64,000 nucleotides of DNA from a virus: IMG/VR virus record IMGVR_UViG_3300042887_004758, positions 45,982-109,981 of that record. One strand, written 5' to 3'. Positions 59,701-64,000 of the stretch are shown here, piece after piece; position 1 is the stretch's first letter, and each line of letters opens with the position of its first letter. The position numbers and the translations under genes are program-made. The notes under the pieces were generated by a model. That model ran no database searches. It saw only the letters and a list, made by a program, of their open reading frames with translations, and was not told where the DNA came from.

Positions 59701-60126
59701 TCACCAAATTACGTTCAAAATAACTTATATAGTTTTATATTAGAAAGTGCTAATAATATTAAGTTATTAGGGTCAACAGGTCTTTATTCGGAAGATAGTT
59801 ATATAAATGGATGTTTGTGTTATCAATTGAAAGATAATTCTGTTGTTCCTTTGGCAACATTTGAGTCACCCGAAAAATGTGTTCAGGCTTTTATTAGTGT
59901 CAACCAAGTGTGGATCAGCGCTTTGATGAAAAACCCAACCGTTTCGGGTACAACATATAATATTGAACCAAGAAGTAATATGAGTGAAGACGAAAAAAAT
60001 CAATTGTTTAATAGTCTCAAAAATTGTTGGATAAAATATAAGGAAACTATAGGAGGTTCGGTTCTTGAAACTGATGATAAAAAAATCCGTGATAATATGA
60101 ACCTTTACCTTTTAAGGATAACATGA
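53770..60126 (+). CDS. Giant baseplate hub-like protein (2118 aa)
   Basis: Follows the LysM gene; LGIKSISI...PYPLFELTVKGYYG; C-terminal MGSMLIQPTMYFQL...GAYLILGVEHDI...FTTKF. Confidence 0.6.
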   Translation: MAGNISEEKLYYQDYNNVILVDPNKVFNADGVPVDRLVQPENLITYANLTCNVIPRTKLAVGENFSTPIRQIQLAKINFLKPSDKQYLDTTWTNELLGDYGSIGNTNKLNQTSEEQRKNLTNTNYDTQLLGIKSISIRNNQIFIPEVNIELEDVQGRALFEKGEKSPYAAFFQLPYPLFELTVKGYYGKAVKYELNLVSFNARFNPSNGNYQISLKLMGRTPALFSDINLSYMYALPYMYPSTFYTDTTTNNQTTDDVAQNLKTQITQETTRGYQKLREVYSVYKSKGLIPQDFPVMNLDQLRIKLDLLINQQLSSFGEENFSVLSDIARYEDDLQKFYANIFGTSSGAWFTKWTQKNNYYISNTDQSTRYYPINSSDTTLSSIKSELQNLIDEYSKKLLDNPTLGERGQYSTGKIKGKSSSIDINISVDDIIVTEQFDLDFETKYKTEFGVQSATTAQIQQFIQTYTSTILDSTYIDPKNLQVIDNYGLVKKGPNVGFEQKIAQIRKQLKEKSEEIEKALTDSLLEKIIDPNFGLGFNPTIRNVMAVIMAQVDAFLRLMDEVHSKAWDKRKDPKRLSTILGGINTDSTIPIPTEDQIVYPWPSYTEVKDVENKIVVKYPGDSTAFQKTDAYNFEIWPEVEFVEQFMSGMIPYDEQTLKNPIQNAEQTPPYVSSNALEFPFKNIPYLNLTDVSVLYELFERTLASSYYIGLMKGGSSSQQLYKVLGDFEKYNLLQQINDSISLLELFKKTPLDYQNYKEVLRSSSNNGTGLYWNQYIRDIFATPYIEEQVKNSSEILSIESLGNNSATINGEQETTNTLTSYIKSSDSTIKDLLNTYPFDNPNWRINNLAGFQGASENKFYDTTKVLNFFSEKKVITNFTDVGSKTEIRPFNYFNWQENQITQTTPNGDDLSNINTASNLKSFFDQRTDNRKKVILEGSVYYSDYTNNVTATQTTSILNTPYFVNAFTEGLQNYKQLDSHPFKAAAYLFLNSLPLATTLEKYISKTDNTNEFLNYIASTMTKFSGVHKLPFAWILKYGSIWNRYKTYIETGVDFLDECWKDIDFAGLYDPIGSATTKTYSSSTVTYTMVGQPTSVNQNQIFGLFPTNITTFQVGFYPKLVNDLMYFYIGKNVFSGYTDSEFQNAISQGLNIKNNVKSNFSQVGLNSTNQFSSLGYYSYFDLEGLVDFSGSGITDWVLFPSIGALRFNQTYLEYLKNGTVTEYLAEDNAYYNGSARMNWNSPNFGYFNTTTIKKPTPSEYMKFVFSGQEKIQESFTLAAKYSSIEEIFGVFDKNTLDLFEQMFLKFCEHPINYDNAQLGSGNFNNILTQSLLSETENFKFKNFAGLLREFFKVNPSGVSSDPTQLSYQLASFQEKRILNFVRTFMDLDVVLKLGNCGNYDRKLFDSLSGNQLLIPTQPYTFSKYVSNTLPTTNGSVTLLQSKALNPDAWNALEEYVGFSTISGLTYTDGGSYITDFFPTMDIEFTSENVQILNKVIKIFANEKIQNPQLTKTQFQTTLTNYINTLNQNHSNVLNYTLDQVKNQIPTIIQKPVDFTSRIDGDTVKNDLWRLFKTLDEKWVAGANFKEKTLFEEFLFFDRRNRDIGQKFIIDIYSIRTYLTEKRDKTSLLNFISAIFKENRFNFFALPSYVNFYGLQEPGLNSGPTIGSDDIGSLAFGTFLEVDYQNSKPKYLCQFIGRLSEHLKIGENYYFGSDGLDLENSPDTLIDTNQDQNADLGLSNKVVAFAVDFGIQNQNIFTSLSLDQAQHKVTAESIDILMGLSNQYNSNTAMPQPQGLYDLYKSRSYKCEVGSMGSMLIQPTMYFQLRNVPMFSGAYLILGVEHDIQVGGEFTTKFTGTKVSKYEDETPEQLVAVVNRNYINKIKDRIKKYKTEENFILSTRVDDQAATSSPTGPAAAIDTCSRKINEVFAQVPTKDASSQPIETKISDEELFNIISGVTSDKKVGINAFIFPHLLYNYDNSPNYVQNNLYSFILESANNIKLLGSTGLYSEDSYINGCLCYQLKDNSVVPLATFESPEKCVQAFISVNQVWISALMKNPTVSGTTYNIEPRSNMSEDEKNQLFNSLKNCWIKYKETIGGSVLETDDKKIRDNMNLYLLRIT

Positions 60127-60134
60127 TATTTATA
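60127..60134 (+). promoter_or_regulatory. TATTTATA putative late promoter
   Basis: 8 nt upstream of ATG 60143. Confidence 0.6.
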
Positions 60135-60142
60135 AATAAAAA

Positions 60143-60367
60143 ATGACCACTAAAGAAACATTAGATAGATTCTTGGGGAAGAACACAAGAATTACGGAGA
60201 GGTCTATCGGGCCCAACCAAAAAGAAGTTTGTGATTTGGACACAAACGAGTGTTACATTATTTCAACAAGTGATGGACTTATTGAAAGAGTGGACAATAA
60301 CAGAATTACCAACCGTAATGTTCAAGTAAGAACAAGTGGAGGTATAAAGCAACTTTTAAACGATTAA
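60143..60367 (+). CDS. Hypothetical protein
   Basis: 74-aa ORF after a late motif, with A-rich leader. Confidence 0.7.
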   Translation: MTTKETLDRFLGKNTRITERSIGPNQKEVCDLDTNECYIISTSDGLIERVDNNRITNRNVQVRTSGGIKQLLND

Positions 60368-60370
60368 AAA

Positions 60371-61033
60371 ATGTCAGCGGAAAAAAGAATTTTAGAAGAA
60401 ATCAAAAGATATCGTCAAATCAACAAATATATTGTAGAACAAGAATTGGCTGGTGAGGTGCCTGATGTGGGTGCTGAGGAATTACCAGCAGCAGATGCGG
60501 GTGCTGAGACATTACCGGCGGCAGATACGGGTACAGAACCAACCCCAATTGATACGGCAACAGATCCTGATGTTGAGAAAGTGGGTGATACTGAAACTAC
60601 CGATGTCACCGACACTACAGAAACAACAGATGGTGGTACTGAAGAATTAGATATTACCGATTTGGTTACAAAACAAGATGATATTTTGTCAAAGCAAACT
60701 GAAATGACAGATCAGATTCTTTCACAATTGAATGACTTACAGGATAAACTATCTGAAATGGACAAAATTTTACAAAAGGTAGATAGTTTGGAAGTTAAGT
60801 TTGAAAAATACAGACAAAAAACTCCTGAAGAGAAATTAGAATTAAGATCCTTGGACTCTTATCCCTATAGTCAAAAACTTACCGACTTTTTTGACGTAAA
60901 ACAGGATGAGATGGAGGCTTCAGGTAAAAACGAATATGTTTTAACAGATGACGAAGTAACAGGATACGATGCTAGTACAATTAAGAAATCATTTAATGTA
61001 TATGACGAGAGTTTACCTTTGAACAGATATTGA
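60371..61033 (+). CDS. Acidic coiled-coil protein, possibly prohead core/scaffold-like
   Basis: ILEEIKR..IVEQE N-terminus; D/E/T-rich linker; coiled coil. Confidence 0.55.
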   Translation: MSAEKRILEEIKRYRQINKYIVEQELAGEVPDVGAEELPAADAGAETLPAADTGTEPTPIDTATDPDVEKVGDTETTDVTDTTETTDGGTEELDITDLVTKQDDILSKQTEMTDQILSQLNDLQDKLSEMDKILQKVDSLEVKFEKYRQKTPEEKLELRSLDSYPYSQKLTDFFDVKQDEMEASGKNEYVLTDDEVTGYDASTIKKSFNVYDESLPLNRY

Positions 61034-61059
61034 TTTAAAACAATTTTATAATTATTATT

Positions 61060-61095
61060 AAGGGGTCAGCGGTAAAATCCAAGACCCCTTTTTTT
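61060..61095 (+). terminator. Rho-independent terminator at the end of the structural block
   Basis: AAGGGGTC-15 nt loop-GACCCCTTTTTTT. Confidence 0.7.
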
Positions 61096-61097
61096 AT

Positions 61098-61126
61098 TTG
61101 ACAATACGAAACTTTAAATCTAATTT
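61098..61126 (+). promoter_or_regulatory. Host-sigma-type promoter for the SSB/recombination operon
   Basis: TTGACA-N17-TAATTT. Confidence 0.6.
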
Positions 61127-61152
61127 TTATCAAACCTTTTAATTAACACATT

Positions 61153-62004
61153 ATGGCAACATCTTTAGACGCGGTACTGGCTCAGTACGAAAAAAACACC
61201 AAACCAACCGGTAATGGTAACTCAATGGATCGTGAAGATCGATTGAAGAAGTATTTCACAACTATCCTTTTGCAAGGAGAAACTTCAGGACGGAAGCGAA
61301 TTCGTATTCTACCAACTCCCGACAATTCTTCACCATTTAAGGAAGTTTGGTTCCACGAAGTACAGGTTAACAAACAATGGCTTAAGCTCTATGATCCAGG
61401 AAAGAATGACAACGAACCTTCACCGTTGAATGACCTATATGACGAACTTATGTCTACGGGTAAAGCTCAAGACAAAGAACTTGCAAGTCAATATCGGTCT
61501 CGTAAATTCTACATTGTAAAGGTAATTGACCGTGATGCTGAAGAGGATGGTGTAAAATTCTGGCGTTTCAAACACAACTATAAGAACGAAGGTGTGTTGG
61601 ATAAGATCATTCCGATTTGGCGTGAAAAAGGTGATGTCACCGACCCAACCAAAGGACGAGACCTCATCATCACCCTCACAAAGTCTAAATCCCCAAATGG
61701 AAAAGAATATACCACAATTCAATCCATAATGCACGACGACCCATCTCCTTTGGCTACAGACAAGAAACAACAAGAAGAGTGGCTTGCTGACGAATTGACT
61801 TGGGAGGATGTGTACTCGAAGAAGCCTTATGAATATCTTGAGGCAATCTCTCGTGGAGAGACCCCACGTTGGGACAACGCAACGGGCAAATATGTGTATG
61901 GTGAAGAAGGAACATCTGAGTTCGGTGGTGGAGGAACCACAGATGAAGAAAGTGACCTTGATCCACAACACAACGAACTTCCCTCGGCGGAACTTCCATT
62001 CTAA
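61153..62004 (+). CDS. Single-stranded DNA-binding protein (gp32-like)
   Basis: RIRILP, PFKEVWFH, VKVIDR, GVKFW, GDVTDPTKGRDLII; acidic tail ending LPF. Confidence 0.85.
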   Translation: MATSLDAVLAQYEKNTKPTGNGNSMDREDRLKKYFTTILLQGETSGRKRIRILPTPDNSSPFKEVWFHEVQVNKQWLKLYDPGKNDNEPSPLNDLYDELMSTGKAQDKELASQYRSRKFYIVKVIDRDAEEDGVKFWRFKHNYKNEGVLDKIIPIWREKGDVTDPTKGRDLIITLTKSKSPNGKEYTTIQSIMHDDPSPLATDKKQQEEWLADELTWEDVYSKKPYEYLEAISRGETPRWDNATGKYVYGEEGTSEFGGGGTTDEESDLDPQHNELPSAELPF

Positions 62005-62011
62005 AAATCAC

Positions 62012-62035
62012 GGGGAGGTTTTCCTCCCCTTTTTT
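62012..62035 (+). terminator. Rho-independent terminator/attenuator after the SSB gene
   Basis: GGGGAGG-tttt-CCTCCCCTTTTTT. Confidence 0.8.
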
Positions 62036-62049
62036 AACTTATAAAAATT

Positions 62050-63066
62050 ATGGCAATCAAGAAAAAAGATTTTACTTCGGTAAAGAAGAAGTTTTCGACT
62101 TCGGCAAAATATAAACCACAAAAATACCTTGACTTGGGTCAAGAATTTTTGGACGCTACAGGTATGCCAGGACCGGCACTTGGTCACCTTAATATGTTCT
62201 TGGGTCACTCCGATACGGGTAAGACAACTGCACTTGTAAAATCGGCAGTTAGTGCACAACAAAAAAATATCCTACCTGTTTTTATTATTACAGAACAAAA
62301 ATGGAGTTTTGATCACGCTAAAATTATGGGATTCCAATGTGAAGAAGTTGTTGATGAAGAAACGGGTGAATTGGATTGGGATGGATTCTTCCTTTTCAAA
62401 AACGACTTTGATTACATTGAACAAATCACCGATTATATCAATGAGGTATTGGACGCACAAGATAAAGGTGATATTGACTACGATCTTTTGTTCCTTTGGG
62501 ACTCGGTTGGTTCTGTTCCCTGTAAAATGACGTTCGATGGTAAAGGAGGAAAACAACACAACGCATCGGTTCTTGCTGACAAGATTGGGATGGGTATCAA
62601 CCAACGAATTTCGGGAAGCCGTAGGTCAGATAGTAAATACACCAACACTTTGGTAATCGTCAATCAGCCTTGGGTTGAACTTCCTGATAATCCTTTTGGT
62701 CAACCGAAGATTAAGGCGAAAGGGGGTGAGGCGATTTGGTTGAATTCATCCATCGTTTTCTTATTTGGAAATCAGAAAAATGCGGGAACAACTAAGATCA
62801 GTGCTACTAAAGACGGACGTAAGGTAAAGTTCGCAACACGAACCAAAATTTCTGTGATGAAAAATCACATCAATGGGTTGGGGTATGAAGATGGTAAAAT
62901 TTTGGTCACACCTCACGGGTTTTTGCATGGTAAAGATGCGTCAGAGGAAAAGACCTCTATTGAAACCTACAAAAAAGAACATGCTGACTATTGGAAAGAA
63001 ATCTTGGGGTCAGGTGGAGAATACAAATTAGAAGAAGATGTTGAATCTTTAAGTGATTTGTTGTGA
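62050..63066 (+). CDS. uvsX: RecA/UvsX-like recombinase
   Basis: GHSDTGKTT Walker A, FLWDSVG Walker B, IVNQ, KGGEA, KNH. Confidence 0.9.
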   Translation: MAIKKKDFTSVKKKFSTSAKYKPQKYLDLGQEFLDATGMPGPALGHLNMFLGHSDTGKTTALVKSAVSAQQKNILPVFIITEQKWSFDHAKIMGFQCEEVVDEETGELDWDGFFLFKNDFDYIEQITDYINEVLDAQDKGDIDYDLLFLWDSVGSVPCKMTFDGKGGKQHNASVLADKIGMGINQRISGSRRSDSKYTNTLVIVNQPWVELPDNPFGQPKIKAKGGEAIWLNSSIVFLFGNQKNAGTTKISATKDGRKVKFATRTKISVMKNHINGLGYEDGKILVTPHGFLHGKDASEEKTSIETYKKEHADYWKEILGSGGEYKLEEDVESLSDLL

Positions 63067-64000
63067 GAACTTTATTAGTTGATGGAAATAACCTCCTGAA
63101 AATCGGATTTCACGGAGCTAAGAACTTATACTCTCAAGATAAGAAAGTAGGAGGTATTTTCCATTTTTTGAATACACTTAGAAAACAACTTACGGAATAT
63201 AACTACGACAAAATTCTTGTATTTTGGGATGGTGAGTATAACTCTTTGGAAAGAAGAAAGATTCTTGCAGAATACAAAGCAAATAGAATCAAATCCGATG
63301 ATTTTGACACAGAATCCTTTTACGAACAAAAGAACCGTATCCAACTTTATTTGGAAGAATTCTTTGTAAGACAAGTAGAACAAGCAGAATGTGAGTCTGA
63401 TGATCTAATTGCATTTTATACTCAAAATTCTGACAACGAACAAGTAACTATTTATTCGGGGGATAAAGATCTAACACAACTCATGAAAGAAAATGTGTGG
63501 ATCTATAATCCGTTTAAGGGACTAATAAAGTATGGTGAGAAGATTCAGATAGTAAAAGATCTGTATGTTCCATCAGAAAATATGGCAGTCTTCAAGATTT
63601 TTTGTGGTGATAAGTCGGATAATATAAATGGAGTTTATTTTCTTGGAGAAAGGACTTTGGTTAAGTTATTCCCCGACCTATTAACAAAAAAGATGGAAGT
63701 AGAGGAAGTATTGGGTTTGGCTGAGAAACTTTTTGAAGAAAACAAAAACAACAAAACGTTACAAAACCTTTTGACTGGTAAAACAAAAGATGGTATATTT
63801 GAAAAAGAACTTTATGAAGTCAACAGAAAGTTAATTGATCTACGAAACCCACTTTTAACACAAGAAGCAAAAAATGAAATATTAAGTCTAATCAATGAGA
63901 GTTTAGACCCCGATGGTAGATCATACAAACAGGCGATGAAACTTATGAGAGAAGATGGTCTGTACAATTTTTTACCGAGAGGGGACAATGCGTGGGTTGA
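63063..64000 (+). CDS. 5'-3' exonuclease / flap endonuclease (T4 RNase H, Pol I N-terminal-like); runs off the window edge (not in ORF track)
   Basis: GTG start overlapping the uvsX stop; MRTLLVDGNNL, VFWDG, YKANR, ESDDLIA, SGDKDLTQL, GDKSDNINGV. Confidence 0.9.
   Translation, partial: MRTLLVDGNNLLKIGFHGAKNLYSQDKKVGGIFHFLNTLRKQLTEYNYDKILVFWDGEYNSLERRKILAEYKANRIKSDDFDTESFYEQKNRIQLYLEEFFVRQVEQAECESDDLIAFYTQNSDNEQVTIYSGDKDLTQLMKENVWIYNPFKGLIKYGEKIQIVKDLYVPSENMAVFKIFCGDKSDNINGVYFLGERTLVKLFPDLLTKKMEVEEVLGLAEKLFEENKNNKTLQNLLTGKTKDGIFEKELYEVNRKLIDLRNPLLTQEAKNEILSLINESLDPDGRSYKQAMKLMREDGLYNFLPRGDNAWV

Noticed and set aside
41158-60126. Bacterial contractile injection system or tailocin
   Set aside because: Neck proteins, a phage sigma factor, PolB, SSB and UvsX in the same window indicate a phage genome
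61182-63383. Several antisense or alternate-frame ORFs over SSB, UvsX and the exonuclease (likewise over the polymerase and sheath)
   Set aside because: They overlap well-supported genes and show no recognisable motifs or start context
1-64000. Stop-codon reassignment, as in some large phages
   Set aside because: Genes are full length and densely packed under the standard code; TAA, TGA and TAG all end genes

Overview
AT-rich 64-kb segment of a large T4-like myovirus (jumbo-phage-like) genome using the standard genetic code. No tRNA, rRNA, cas, integrase or reverse-transcriptase genes were seen. All family calls come from motifs recognised by eye; no searches were run. Layout from left to right: (1) 1-11.3 kb, minus strand: gp55-like sigma factor, three glycosyltransferases, degenerate HAD protein, PhoH, dUTPase, 3'-5' exonuclease and a WYL protein. 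(2) 11.4-32.2 kb, plus strand: mucin-like Thr/Pro-rich, Cys-rich structural genes flanking a serine protease and a cluster of five glycosyltransferase-like and three methyltransferase genes. (3) Family B DNA polymerase, gp13-like neck protein, an MnSOD fused to a nuclease-like domain, and a SNF2 helicase. (4) Three tandem small genes sharing an MKDLIKKILKEET leader. (5) Neck, tail and baseplate module. (6) SSB, RecA/UvsX and 5'-3' exonuclease. Best candidates for undescribed biology: a phage-encoded mucin-type O-glycosylation ('glycocalyx') system; an in-frame CRISPR-like array of 35-nt repeats and 31-nt variable segments that creates hypervariable 11-aa peptides; a shared (I/L)xE-containing leader that may target diverse cargo to the capsid; an SOD/PD-(D/E)xK polyprotein; and a UUU_CGC +1 frameshift site in the tail chaperone gene pair.
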